Shown piece after piece: positions 26,612 through 35,356 of a DNA stretch of 36,144 bases; positions within the stretch are counted from its first letter, which is position 1; every line of letters starts with the position of its first letter. Location: the IMG/VR virus record IMGVR_UViG_2728369608_000005. The stretch is one strand, 5' to 3'. Made by a program: the position numbers and the translations under genes. The notes under the pieces were generated by a model, which was given only the letters and a program-made list of their open reading frames with translations, was not told the origin of the DNA and ran no database searches. The stretch comes from a virus. Taxonomy: Duplodnaviria > Heunggongvirae > Uroviricota > Caudoviricetes.

Positions 26612-27022
26612 TTAACCCGTATTTTTTAATCTTTCGAACGCTGCGGACAGCTCCTTAAGCTGTTTTTCCATATCAATCATTCGCTGTTTTTCCTCAGCGC
26701 CTCGCAGCAACTCTTTTCGCACCTCTGGCTCCAGTTGGTTGAGCAGCTCCAATAACTTCAGATCAGACTGGTTGAAATGCTGCTCCTGATTAGCTGGCTG
26801 TGCTTTCTCTACCCCAACAGCTTCCCCTTTACCAGTAAGTAGCCAATCTATTGATATGTTCAAATGGGTGCTTAGCGCAACAAGAGCCTCTGCATTAGGT
26901 TCTCTCTCTCCACGCAGATAGTTTTGAAGTGAGCGATATGGAATTTTTGACAAGTCTGACAATGCCTTAATTGTCAGACCCTTAGCATCCATCGCTTCGC
27001 GCAATCTCTCTTTTATACTCAT
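26612..27022 (-). CDS. Phage repressor, XRE-family HTH
   Basis: Internal ATG at 27022 (MSIKERLREAMDAKGLTIKALSDLSKIPYRSLQNYLRGER, 136 aa); divergent from the early operon. Confidence 0.75.
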   Translation of the reverse strand: MSIKERLREAMDAKGLTIKALSDLSKIPYRSLQNYLRGEREPNAEALVALSTHLNISIDWLLTGKGEAVGVEKAQPANQEQHFNQSDLKLLELLNQLEPEVRKELLRGAEEKQRMIDMEKQLKELSAAFERLKNTG

Positions 27023-27038
27023 TTGAACATATCTCAAT

Positions 27039-27066
27039 TTGACATACCCGTTTGGGTGCGTACAAT
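27039..27066 (+). promoter_or_regulatory. Candidate early promoter (sigma-70 type) for the ner-A-B operon
   Basis: TTGACA (27039..27044), 16-bp spacer, TACAAT (27061..27066); AGGAA Shine-Dalgarno 10 nt before the ATG at 27111. Confidence 0.5.
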
Positions 27067-27110
27067 AGACCCAATAGAGTACATCATAACCCAACAGGAA
27101 CACGGTGCAT

Positions 27111-27335
27111 ATGAACAAACAACAAGTTCGGGCACGGCTGGTTGAAAGAGGCAGTAGCTTGCGCCAGTTCGCGCTTAACGCGGGCTATGAGCCACGAACA
27201 GTCACCCAGGCTGTCAGCCGCTGGGCAGGCAAAAGCGAACTTCCACGCGGTCGTTTGACTTATCGGATTTTGCGAGACCTTTCGGTCGCAATAGGCAAAG
27301 AAGTTACCCCCGGCATCCTCAAGGAGGCGTCATGA
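27111..27335 (+). CDS. ner: Ner-like DNA-binding protein
   Basis: 74 aa; LRQFALNAGYEPRTVTQAV pattern resembles Mu Ner; first gene of the early operon. Confidence 0.65.
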   Translation: MNKQQVRARLVERGSSLRQFALNAGYEPRTVTQAVSRWAGKSELPRGRLTYRILRDLSVAIGKEVTPGILKEAS

Positions 27336-27637
27336 GTAAACCAAATACATCAAGCTCAGGTACCCGTATTTTGCGTGTCCTTAAGGCTTTACGCGGTCAC
27401 GCTCTGAACGGTGTTTCTAACGGCGAGCTGGCGTCAGCTCTGGGCGAGTCCCCGGCGAATATCAATCGGGCGCTCAATACCCTTATCGAAGAAGGACTGG
27501 CCCTGAAACTGGATAACGGGCGTTTTGCCCCAGGAGTCCAGCTCTTACAAATCGCCATGGCGCACAGTACCGAAATGGCGCGGGCGCAGGATCGTATCAA
27601 TGAAATTAACCAGCGTGTTATGGCTGGTAGTCGCTAA
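27332..27637 (+). CDS. Winged-HTH DNA-binding protein (IclR-N-like, no effector domain)
   Basis: 101 aa; RILRVLKAL...GVSNGELASALGESPANINRALNTLIEEGLA; ATGA overlap with ner. Confidence 0.55.
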   Translation: MSKPNTSSSGTRILRVLKALRGHALNGVSNGELASALGESPANINRALNTLIEEGLALKLDNGRFAPGVQLLQIAMAHSTEMARAQDRINEINQRVMAGSR

Positions 27638-27646
27638 GGAGTTGAA

Positions 27647-28555
27647 ATGGGACGCACAAAATCACAACCAGTTGAACTAGTGGAAGATGCACCGCTGACC
27701 GATGGTCTCAGTGTCAGTCTTAATGCTATGTCCGAACATCGCCTCGAAATCATGCAGCAGTTTGGTGATGGCCTGCCGTATGAACGTGATCGTATTGTCC
27801 ATGAAACACGTTTTTATATGGCTCAGAGTGCTGAAGCCATGCTGGAGGCGGGTAAACGACTGGTAATTCTCAAAGAAAATGAACCACATGGTGACTTCAT
27901 CGACATCGTTGAGTCTCAGTTGTCCCTATCCAAACGTACCGCGCAGGTGATGATGCAAGCATCCCTCAAATATTTGTCTCCCAAGCTTGAACCAAAAGCG
28001 CAAGCGCTTGCGCTTTTGGGTAAAACAAAGCTGTTTGAGTTGATGACGGAAGATGACGAAGACCTCGTCGAATTAGCCGATGGCGGCACGATTGCTGGTA
28101 TGAGCCTCGATGATATTGATCGCATGACAAGCCGCGAACTGAAAGCGGCCCTACGCGAAGCGCGTGAAACCAACGCAGCACAACAGCGCGTGCTTGCCGA
28201 CAAAAACGAAAAAATCGACTCGCTTTCCACAAAACTGGAGAAGAAATCCCGTATCCAGCCGCCCAAGCCTGACGAAGAGGTGAAGAAGCTGCGTGCGGAA
28301 GTTACAGCGTTAGCGGTTGAGGCGGAATCTGCCATCGCCGTTCGACTGTCCAGCGCCTTTGAGACCCTGTGCGCATACTGTGCTGAAAATATGATTGATA
28401 CCCCCAGAGACTTTATGGCCGGTCTGGTCTGCCAGTTGGAAAGCACCGCGCGTAGCCTGCGCTCCACATTTGACCTGCCGGACGAGCCGACAGGCAACGC
28501 CGCCCCTTCATGGCTGACTGACCCGACGCCAGAGATTAACGGGCAGGAGGCATAA
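27647..28555 (+). CDS. Conserved Mu-like early protein upstream of transposase (possibly DUF3102-like)
   Basis: 302 aa with a charged coiled-coil centre; family name recalled, not verified. Confidence 0.5.
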   Translation: MGRTKSQPVELVEDAPLTDGLSVSLNAMSEHRLEIMQQFGDGLPYERDRIVHETRFYMAQSAEAMLEAGKRLVILKENEPHGDFIDIVESQLSLSKRTAQVMMQASLKYLSPKLEPKAQALALLGKTKLFELMTEDDEDLVELADGGTIAGMSLDDIDRMTSRELKAALREARETNAAQQRVLADKNEKIDSLSTKLEKKSRIQPPKPDEEVKKLRAEVTALAVEAESAIAVRLSSAFETLCAYCAENMIDTPRDFMAGLVCQLESTARSLRSTFDLPDEPTGNAAPSWLTDPTPEINGQEA

Positions 28556-28558
28556 CCC

Positions 28559-30328
28559 ATGAGTGCCGCCCTGACTGAACGACTGGTTTATGTTGCCCGC
28601 GCGGCACGTGACGCGGGGCATGGTAAGCGTGGTGCGATATATGATGCCGCCTGCGCCGAACTGGGCATTTCCCGCGCCACCCTGCTGCGCAAGCTGAAGG
28701 AGGTATCAGTGACTGACAAACGTAAAAAACGCGCCGATGCCGGGCGCAGTGCCCTGAGCCGCGACGAAGCCGCGCTGATATCTGCCACGCTGCGCGAGGC
28801 CACCCGTAAGAACGGTAAGCGCCTGTATTCCATCGCGGATGCGGTGGAGACCCTGCGGTCAAACGGCTTTATCACTGCTGGCAGAACGGACGAGGCCACA
28901 GGCGAGTTTTTCCCGCTGTCCGAGGACACCATCAGCCGCGCCCTGCGGAACTATGGTCTGCACCCGGAACAGCTTGACGCACCGGCCCCGTCGTCCGAGA
29001 TGGCCAGCCTGCATCCCAATCACGTCTGGGAGATTGATGCCTCACTTTGTACGCTTTACTACCTGAGCAACGGCCATAAAGGGTTGCAGGTGATGGACAG
29101 CTCGAAGTTCTACAAGAACAAGCCTGCCAACATCGCCCGCATCGCCAGTGACCGCGTGTGGAGTTACGAGATTACCGACCATACCAGCGGCTGGATTTAC
29201 GTTGAGTACGTGATGGGTGCGGAATCTGGTGAGAACCTCTGTTCTGTGCTTATCAACGCCATGCAGGAGCGCGGCGGCGCGGACGTGCTGCACGGCGTGC
29301 CGAAAATACTCTACCTTGATCCCGGTTCGGCGAACACCGCTGGCATGACGAAAAACATGTGCCGCTCGCTGGGCATCAATCTGATAGCGCACAAGCCGCA
29401 TAACGCCCGCGCCACCGGGCAGGTGGAAAAGGCCCGTGACATTATCGAACGTAAACTGGAGCCGGGTCTCAAATTCCAGCCGGTTCATAGCCTGGACGAA
29501 CTGAACGCGCTGGCGGTGAAATGGCGCAGCCACTTTAACGCCACGGCGGTCCACAGCCGCCACGGTAAAACCCGCACGGATATCTGGCTGAAGATTACTG
29601 CTGGCCAGCTGAAAAAAGCGCCATCCGTTGAGGTTTGCCGCGAACTGGCGGTGGCCGCACCGGAACTCCGTAAGGTCACACCAAAACTGCGCGTCTCGTT
29701 CCGGGGCAATGAGTTTGACGTTTCGACGGTACCGGGCGTACTGGTCGGCGAAAAACTGATGATTACCCGTAACCCGTGGCGCAGCGATGTGGCGCAGGTG
29801 GTGCTGACCGGTGAGGACGGTCACGAGACGTTCTTCCTAGTCGAGGAGGTCAGAAAGAACGAGTTCGGCTTTGCCGAAAGCGCGGCGGTATTTGGCGAAA
29901 ACTACAAAGCCCTGCCGGAGACCCCGGCGCAGACGGCGGCAAAAGAAATCGAAGAGCTGGTTACGGGCACCGATAACGCCACCGATGCAGCTGCTGCACG
30001 CAAGGCGAAGGCGCTGCCGTTCGGCGGGCGACTTGACCCGTACAAACATATCGACGACACCACGCTTCCGGCCTATATGCCGAAGCGCGGTCAGGCTTCA
30101 GACGTGCGCGGGCCGCGTATTGAGCAGCGTCCGCTGACCCATGTGGAGGCGGCGAAAGCCCTGCGCGAGAAGTTTGGCGCTAACGGCCATATCTGGACGC
30201 CGGAACATTACCGCCAGTTAACGGCACAGTACCCGGACGGCGTACCGGAAGCCGCTCTGGATGAGGTCATGGTCACCCTGACCACTCCGGCCCGCAACAG
30301 CGTTATCAGCATCGTTAACGGTAACTGA
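28559..30328 (+). CDS. DDE transposase (Mu A-like function)
   Basis: 589 aa; candidate DDE residues in HVWEIDAS, LYLDPGSANT and a downstream Glu; followed by the B-like ATPase. Confidence 0.8.
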   Translation: MSAALTERLVYVARAARDAGHGKRGAIYDAACAELGISRATLLRKLKEVSVTDKRKKRADAGRSALSRDEAALISATLREATRKNGKRLYSIADAVETLRSNGFITAGRTDEATGEFFPLSEDTISRALRNYGLHPEQLDAPAPSSEMASLHPNHVWEIDASLCTLYYLSNGHKGLQVMDSSKFYKNKPANIARIASDRVWSYEITDHTSGWIYVEYVMGAESGENLCSVLINAMQERGGADVLHGVPKILYLDPGSANTAGMTKNMCRSLGINLIAHKPHNARATGQVEKARDIIERKLEPGLKFQPVHSLDELNALAVKWRSHFNATAVHSRHGKTRTDIWLKITAGQLKKAPSVEVCRELAVAAPELRKVTPKLRVSFRGNEFDVSTVPGVLVGEKLMITRNPWRSDVAQVVLTGEDGHETFFLVEEVRKNEFGFAESAAVFGENYKALPETPAQTAAKEIEELVTGTDNATDAAAARKAKALPFGGRLDPYKHIDDTTLPAYMPKRGQASDVRGPRIEQRPLTHVEAAKALREKFGANGHIWTPEHYRQLTAQYPDGVPEAALDEVMVTLTTPARNSVISIVNGN

Positions 30329-30338
30329 GGAGGAAGGC

Positions 30339-31505
30339 ATGCTGGTACTGAAGCAACAACTGAAAGAGGCCCGCATCCCGCAGGCGGCGGTGGCAAGAGC
30401 CGTCGCCGTTTCCGAGGCCACGCTGGCCCAGATTGTGAACCATAACGAGTGGCCCCGCACCAGCCCCGAAGAGGTACGCCAGCGTCTGGCGTTGTATCTG
30501 GAAAGTAAGGGGATTGATACAGCGAAAAGTTTTGATGCTGCACAGGGCGCTGTCACACCCCGTACAGCGGGTACTACCGATAAAACCAACCTCAGTGAGG
30601 AAGAGAACATGTTACTCAAAAAGCAGGTGTTATTTCCAGCAACCAAAAAAGCGTTTGGTCTTTTCCGTGACCCGTTCGCCGATGAAGCCATGCAGGGCGC
30701 GGACGATGTGTTCACCACGCCGGATATCCGCTACGTGCGTGAGGCGCTGTTCCAGACCGCCCGCCACGGTGGCTTTCTGGCGGTTATCGGCGAGTCCGGT
30801 GCGGGTAAATCCACGCTGCGCCGCGACCTGATTGAACGCGTCAACCGCGAGAACGCGCCGGTGATTGTTATCGAGCCATACATCATCGCCATGGAAGACA
30901 ACGACGTGAAGGGCAAAACCCTGAAGGCGGCAGCTATCGCCGAGGCCATCATCAGCACCATCGCGCCGCTGGAGAGTATCAAACGCAGCCAGGACGCCCG
31001 TTTCCGCCAGTTGCACCGCGTCCTGAAGGACAGCAGTCAGGCGGGTTTTAGCCACGTTCTGGTGATTGAGGAGGCCCACAGTCTGCCCATTCCGACGCTG
31101 AAGCACCTCAAACGCTTCTTTGAGCTGGAATCCGGCTTCAAAAAACTGCTGTCCATCGTGCTGATTGGCCAGCCTGAGCTGGCGGACAAACTGTCCGAAC
31201 GCAACATGGAAGTCCGTGAGGTCGTCCAGCGCTGCGAGGTGGTTGAACTGCTGCCGCTGGACAACAGCCTCGAAGAGTTTCTGACGTTCAAACTGCAACG
31301 CGCCGGTAAGCAGCTGTCTGACATCATGGACGCCAGCGCAGTGGAAGCCGTCCGCGCCCGTCTGAGCAATCTGGGCAGCAACCGTAAAAGCATGGTCAGC
31401 CTGCTGTATCCGCTGGCCGTCAGTAACCTGGTGATAGCCGCCATGAATCTGGCTGCTGAAATCGGGGTTCCGCAGGTCAACGCCGACGTCGTCAAAGGAG
31501 TTTAA
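30339..31505 (+). CDS. Transposition ATPase (Mu B-like, AAA+)
   Basis: 388 aa; N-terminal HTH-like region; Walker A GESGAGKST; Walker B-like VLVIEEAH. Confidence 0.8.
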   Translation: MLVLKQQLKEARIPQAAVARAVAVSEATLAQIVNHNEWPRTSPEEVRQRLALYLESKGIDTAKSFDAAQGAVTPRTAGTTDKTNLSEEENMLLKKQVLFPATKKAFGLFRDPFADEAMQGADDVFTTPDIRYVREALFQTARHGGFLAVIGESGAGKSTLRRDLIERVNRENAPVIVIEPYIIAMEDNDVKGKTLKAAAIAEAIISTIAPLESIKRSQDARFRQLHRVLKDSSQAGFSHVLVIEEAHSLPIPTLKHLKRFFELESGFKKLLSIVLIGQPELADKLSERNMEVREVVQRCEVVELLPLDNSLEEFLTFKLQRAGKQLSDIMDASAVEAVRARLSNLGSNRKSMVSLLYPLAVSNLVIAAMNLAAEIGVPQVNADVVKGV

Positions 31506-31507
31506 TC

Positions 31508-31777
31508 ATGAAATCCATCGCCGATATCAACCAGCAGATGAACAAGGTGCAGTCCGCCATTATGGCGCTCAACGCCATGAACACTACCGTGCAGAGCGTC
31601 ATGATTGCTGGCAGTAAGCCGGTTATCCGTATCGCCCGCAACGGGCACTGTGCCCGCCTGCTGGAGCAGGGCAAAGCGAGTTATACCCATGTTGGCCATG
31701 ACGGCTCAGGGCGCTTCCGTCAGGGCGTCTTTGAGTTGCATGGCTGCCGTATTACCTGGTCAGAGTCGTTACATTAA
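31508..31777 (+). CDS. Hypothetical early protein
   Basis: 89 aa, starts 3 bp after the B-like stop. Confidence 0.5.
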   Translation: MKSIADINQQMNKVQSAIMALNAMNTTVQSVMIAGSKPVIRIARNGHCARLLEQGKASYTHVGHDGSGRFRQGVFELHGCRITWSESLH

Positions 31778-31794
31778 CCATAAGGTGAACAGAG

Positions 31795-32406
31795 ATGAGC
31801 GAAGTAAATAAAGAAAACTACATGAAAGACCGCAAGGGGCGTCTGGTGCCGGTTGACCAGGTGTCTGACTATGACCTTGCGATGGACTCTTTCGTTAAAG
31901 AACAGGTTGCCGCCGCGAAGGTTAAACGCGATGAACTCAGCGACTTCAAGCGTCGTGCCTTTGACGAGTGCTATGCCTGGCTTGACCTTGTGGCCGAGAA
32001 GTACGGCAGAACACGCGGCGGTGCCAAAGGCAACGTGACCTTCAGCAGCTTCGACGGTGCTCAGCAGATCACCATCCGCGTGCAGGAAACCCTGACCTTC
32101 GGGCCAGAGCTGCAGATTGCCAAAGACCTGATAGACGAGTGCGTCACCGAGTGGTCGGAAGGCGCGAACGCCAACCTGCGGGCCATCATCAGCGATGCTT
32201 TTCAGGTGGACAAAGAGGGCCAGCTTAATACCGGACGTATTCTTTCCCTGCGCCGCGTCAAGATTCAGGACGAGCGCTGGAACCGGGCAATGGAGGCTAT
32301 ATCGGAATCACTGCAAGTGGCAATGTCCAAAACCTATATTAATTTCCGGGAGAAAGATAAACACGGGAAGCTAATTAATATCCCGTTAGATATCGCTGCC
32401 ATTTAA
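31795..32406 (+). CDS. Conserved Mu-like early protein (possibly DUF3164-like)
   Basis: 203 aa; family name recalled, not verified. Confidence 0.5.
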   Translation: MSEVNKENYMKDRKGRLVPVDQVSDYDLAMDSFVKEQVAAAKVKRDELSDFKRRAFDECYAWLDLVAEKYGRTRGGAKGNVTFSSFDGAQQITIRVQETLTFGPELQIAKDLIDECVTEWSEGANANLRAIISDAFQVDKEGQLNTGRILSLRRVKIQDERWNRAMEAISESLQVAMSKTYINFREKDKHGKLINIPLDIAAI

Positions 32407-32484
32407 TTTTAATTCAATTTCTTTTTATTTCGGCGTCAGCGCTGTGGGTTTCTGCACGCCGAAAACAGCATTAAGGAATAAAAC

Positions 32485-32673
32485 ATGTCCATCAAATGTA
32501 CCAACTGCCAGAAAGGTATCACCACCCTGAAGTTCAGCGACGCCAGCGTCATTACCTCCGGTAAGTACCGTGTGCCAGCCGTCCTCATCACGCTGGTATG
32601 CCCTCACTGCAGCCAGCATTACTACACCGAAGTTCCGGCCATGGAGTTCATCCCCTGCGAGGCAAAAAAATGA
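32485..32673 (+). CDS. Small zinc-ribbon protein
   Basis: 62 aa with CxxC (CTNC) ... CxxC (CPHC). Confidence 0.55.
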   Translation: MSIKCTNCQKGITTLKFSDASVITSGKYRVPAVLITLVCPHCSQHYYTEVPAMEFIPCEAKK

Positions 32674-32966
32674 AAGGCATGAAATTATATAACCGCTCCA
32701 CTATATACAATCTGGCCCTGAAAACCTTTGGCCCTGAAGCACAGGCGCTGAAGCTGATGGAAGAAGCCGCCGAGCTGGCCGCTGCTGCCGCCCGCAACAT
32801 GAACGGACTGGGCAGTGAAGTTGATCTGGCTGGCGAACTGGCTGACGTTGAAATCATGATTGAACAGTTCCGCCTCAACGGGATGGGCCTGATGATTGAT
32901 TTTCATAAGCAGAAAAAGCTGGAACGCCTTGCCGAACGCCTGGGGGTGACTTATGCCGCAGAATAA
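32670..32966 (+). CDS. MazG-like nucleotide pyrophosphohydrolase (small all-alpha type)
   Basis: 98 aa from the ATG at 32670 (ATGA overlap); EEAAEL and ELADVEIM metal-binding-like motifs. Confidence 0.55.
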   Translation: MKGMKLYNRSTIYNLALKTFGPEAQALKLMEEAAELAAAAARNMNGLGSEVDLAGELADVEIMIEQFRLNGMGLMIDFHKQKKLERLAERLGVTYAAE

Positions 32967-33642
32967 TGAAAAGCTGCTGGAGAAGTTAAAAAAGCTGCTG
33001 GCGCTGGCTAAATCTGACAACCCCCATGAAGCTGCACTGGCCCTACAACGCGCCCAGAAGCTGATGCAGGCCTATAACATCACCCAGGCTGACCTCGCAC
33101 TCAGCGATATTGATGAAAGCGTCAGTCACTACTGGGCAGCAGGTAGCGTTAACCCACCGCGATACATGCTGGGTCTGCTGGATATTATCCAGGTGGCATT
33201 TGGCGTTAAGTCTATTATTCACTCCGGCTTTAAACCCAGCGTTGGTTTTTACGGTAATAAAGACCGGGTTGAACTGGCCTCATATACATGGGAGGTACTG
33301 GCCAGACAATTAATCGTGGCCCGTAAAAACTATATTCGACAGCAGAATAAAAGAATCAAAAACACGACCAAGACCAGTCGTGGTGACAAGTTTGCCGAAG
33401 GCTGGGTTCTGGCCGTGCGCAGCGAGGTTCATTTATTTGCTATGTCCCGCGAAGAACGGGAGCTGGCAAGCCTCTGGCTTGAACAAAAATACCCTGACTC
33501 AGGCACAACTACGGGCCGTGGGGCCGGGAAGTCACGTGACGCAGACATGTCCCGCCACATCGGTTACAGAGAAGGGGAAAACGTCCGCCTGCATCAGCCC
33601 GTTGGCGGGCAGGAGCAGCATAAACTGAGGGCTGAAAGATGA
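32953..33642 (+). CDS. Conserved early protein with DUF2786-like N-terminus
   Basis: 229 aa; N-terminal LLEKLKKLLALAKSDNPHEAALALQRAQKLMQAYNI. Confidence 0.5.
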   Translation: MPQNNEKLLEKLKKLLALAKSDNPHEAALALQRAQKLMQAYNITQADLALSDIDESVSHYWAAGSVNPPRYMLGLLDIIQVAFGVKSIIHSGFKPSVGFYGNKDRVELASYTWEVLARQLIVARKNYIRQQNKRIKNTTKTSRGDKFAEGWVLAVRSEVHLFAMSREERELASLWLEQKYPDSGTTTGRGAGKSRDADMSRHIGYREGENVRLHQPVGGQEQHKLRAER

Positions 33643-33866
33643 TGTTATCGCGTAAGAAGAAAGCACCGAACCCTTGTCGTACAGCTGCTAAATATCTTTT
33701 TGCTCGCGCCTTTTTTAAGAACGTAAGGCCCGGCATTCAAATTGGCATTATTGCTGGACGAGAGCAGGTTAAAAATTACATGTCAGGTGCATGGTGGAAT
33801 AACGATCCGGTTACTACAGCCCGTAACATTCATATTAACTGGGGTGGGATTCATTATGATGGCTGA
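33639..33866 (+). CDS. Hypothetical small basic protein
   Basis: 75 aa, ATGA-coupled to the upstream gene. Confidence 0.4.
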   Translation: MMLSRKKKAPNPCRTAAKYLFARAFFKNVRPGIQIGIIAGREQVKNYMSGAWWNNDPVTTARNIHINWGGIHYDG

Positions 33867-34071
33867 ATCAATTGTATGTGCCCTGTTCTGGTATGGTCTC
33901 GTGGGGTGGTGTACTGCTGAACTGCACCGCCGCTCAGGTTTTTACTCACGTTACAGCGGTGCCGGACACTGGATCAGTTGGGCCGTTATGTTCATGTGCT
34001 GGCCTGTTGCGCTTCCTTTATATGTCGATTATATCGGTGGCGCAGGTAAAAGGAGCGACGATGATGACTAA
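33856..34071 (+). CDS. Small membrane protein
   Basis: ATG at 33856; hydrophobic Trp-rich segments (ALFWYGLVGW, WAVMFMCWPVALPLYV). Confidence 0.45.
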   Translation: MMAESIVCALFWYGLVGWCTAELHRRSGFYSRYSGAGHWISWAVMFMCWPVALPLYVDYIGGAGKRSDDDD

Positions 34072-34489
34072 GCAGCGTCTTATTCAACTCATCCATATTG
34101 CCCGCAATGACCTCCAGATGGATGAGGACACCTACCGCCAGATGCTACAGGGGCTGACCGGCAAAGCCTCAACCAAAGGGATGGATACCCCACAGCTAAA
34201 CCGCGTGCTGGAATCCATGAAAAATAAAGGCTTTCGCATTAAGCCTGCCGGGAAAGCCAAGTCCGGCTTACCGCTGGATAGTCATCCGCAGTCAAAGAAA
34301 ATCCGTGCGCTATGGCTTGAAATGGCTGCCGCAGGCATCGTCCGAGACAGTTCAGAGCAGGCGCTGGCGCTGTGGGTTAAACGGGAAACAGGCATCAGCG
34401 CGTTACGCTGGCTCAGCAATGAGCAGGCAAGTAGCGTGATTGAGAAACTGAAGAAGTGGCAGCGCAGAGCTGCGGGAGTGAAGCAATGA
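34061..34489 (+). CDS. gemA: GemA-like regulatory protein (Mu gp16-like)
   Basis: ATG at 34061 after AGGAG; RLIQLIHIARNDLQMDEDTYRQML ... KKIRALW ... ALRWLSNEQASSVIEKLKKWQ. Confidence 0.75.
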   Translation: MMTKQRLIQLIHIARNDLQMDEDTYRQMLQGLTGKASTKGMDTPQLNRVLESMKNKGFRIKPAGKAKSGLPLDSHPQSKKIRALWLEMAAAGIVRDSSEQALALWVKRETGISALRWLSNEQASSVIEKLKKWQRRAAGVKQ

Positions 34490-34875
34490 GTGACCTGAAT
34501 CAGTTTCGTAGTAAAGGGCCGGAACTGTTGGTAGAACTGGCACAGCATACCTCTGAGACCGTCCGCGAGATTATTGATATCGAACCCGCAGTTGCCGACC
34601 AGATTGGTCAGGCCGTCGCGAACCGCATGATGCAGGTCTGGGGTGGGCAAAACGTCTATTTTCCGATGGGCATGGTCTGGAAGGTCAGTCAGCGCGACCG
34701 GGAAATCTTCCTGGAGTTTGACGGACGCAACCATCACGAACTGGCCCGCAAATTCGGTGTTTCACTACAGTGGGTTTACAGCGTGGTGAAGCGGGTCAGA
34801 AAAGAAGAATTGGATCGGATGCAGGGCAAACTGTTTGATGGTGACTCTGATTCAGAGAAGGTGGAAAATAGCTAA
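34486..34875 (+). CDS. mor: Mor/C-family transcriptional activator
   Basis: 129 aa from the ATG at 34486; GGQNVYFP ... REIFLEFDGRNHHELARKFGVSLQWVYSVVKRVR. Confidence 0.75.
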   Translation: MSDLNQFRSKGPELLVELAQHTSETVREIIDIEPAVADQIGQAVANRMMQVWGGQNVYFPMGMVWKVSQRDREIFLEFDGRNHHELARKFGVSLQWVYSVVKRVRKEELDRMQGKLFDGDSDSEKVENS

Positions 34876-34894
34876 GCTATTTATAGGAGGACAG

Positions 34895-35224
34895 ATGGCC
34901 AGACCAAGCAATATTGATAAACTGCCAGAGGATGTTCGTGCCGAGCTTCATAGCGAATTATCGCGCACAAACTTCACCGGTTATGAATGGCTCTCGCTCT
35001 GGTTAGCCGATAAAGGTTACAGCGTATCGAAGTCAGCCATTCAGCGTTATGCTGTCGCGAATAAAAATGAAATTCTGGGCCTACAGCAAGAGAGTCGATT
35101 CCATCAGGCACAGCTTCGACTTAATGCGCTTGGTGTAGCGGCAACAATTTCACCAGGAAAAGACCTTGGAAGTTTGAAGAATGATGCAGATGCACTACTA
35201 AAATGGGCGTTGTTTGGTTACTGA
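34895..35224 (+). CDS. gp27-N-terminal-like paralog (DNA-binding?), last gene before the prophage end
   Basis: ATG at 34895 after AGGAGG; N-terminus IDKLPEDVRAELHSEL...SKSAIQRY parallels the gp27-like protein at 21143..21691. Confidence 0.55.
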   Translation: MARPSNIDKLPEDVRAELHSELSRTNFTGYEWLSLWLADKGYSVSKSAIQRYAVANKNEILGLQQESRFHQAQLRLNALGVAATISPGKDLGSLKNDADALLKWALFGY

Positions 35225-35230
35225 ATGAGT

Positions 35231-35256
35231 GGGGGGCATCGTCCCCCTTAATTTTC
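35231..35256 (+). terminator. Rho-independent terminator at the end of the early operon
   Basis: GGGGGG-catcgt-CCCCC hairpin followed by TTAATTTT, directly after the stop at 35224. Confidence 0.5.
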
Positions 35257-35320
35257 ATATACTGTAAATGAATTACATAACCTTTTGTTTGTCTCTTCCC
35301 ATCACGTACCATAAAGTCCC

Positions 35321-35356
35321 ATTTATCTTACGGTACCCCCTATATTTATCTCACGT
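35321..35356. repeat. Terminal direct repeats, candidate transposase-binding sites
   Basis: ATTTATCTTACGG (35321..35333) and ATTTATCTCACGT (35344..35356); element ends ...TCTAATCA at 35363. Confidence 0.5.

Noticed and set aside
26612-27118. Long 168-aa form of the repressor
   Set aside because: The extension (MFICTVFLLGYDVLYWVYC...) runs across the promoter region and the ner start; the internal ATG at 27022 gives a typical 136-aa HTH repressor.
27916-28560. 214-aa minus-strand ORF antisense to the early protein at 27647..28555
   Set aside because: Ser/Ala-rich low-complexity translation; the plus-strand gene fits the operon context.
29042-29824. 260-aa minus-strand ORF antisense to the transposase gene
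   Set aside because: Embedded in the transposase coding sequence; no independent support.
30218-31495. Several minus-strand ORFs (30218..30718, 30630..31298, 31037..31495) antisense to the B-like ATPase
   Set aside because: Overlapping antisense frames with low-complexity translations.
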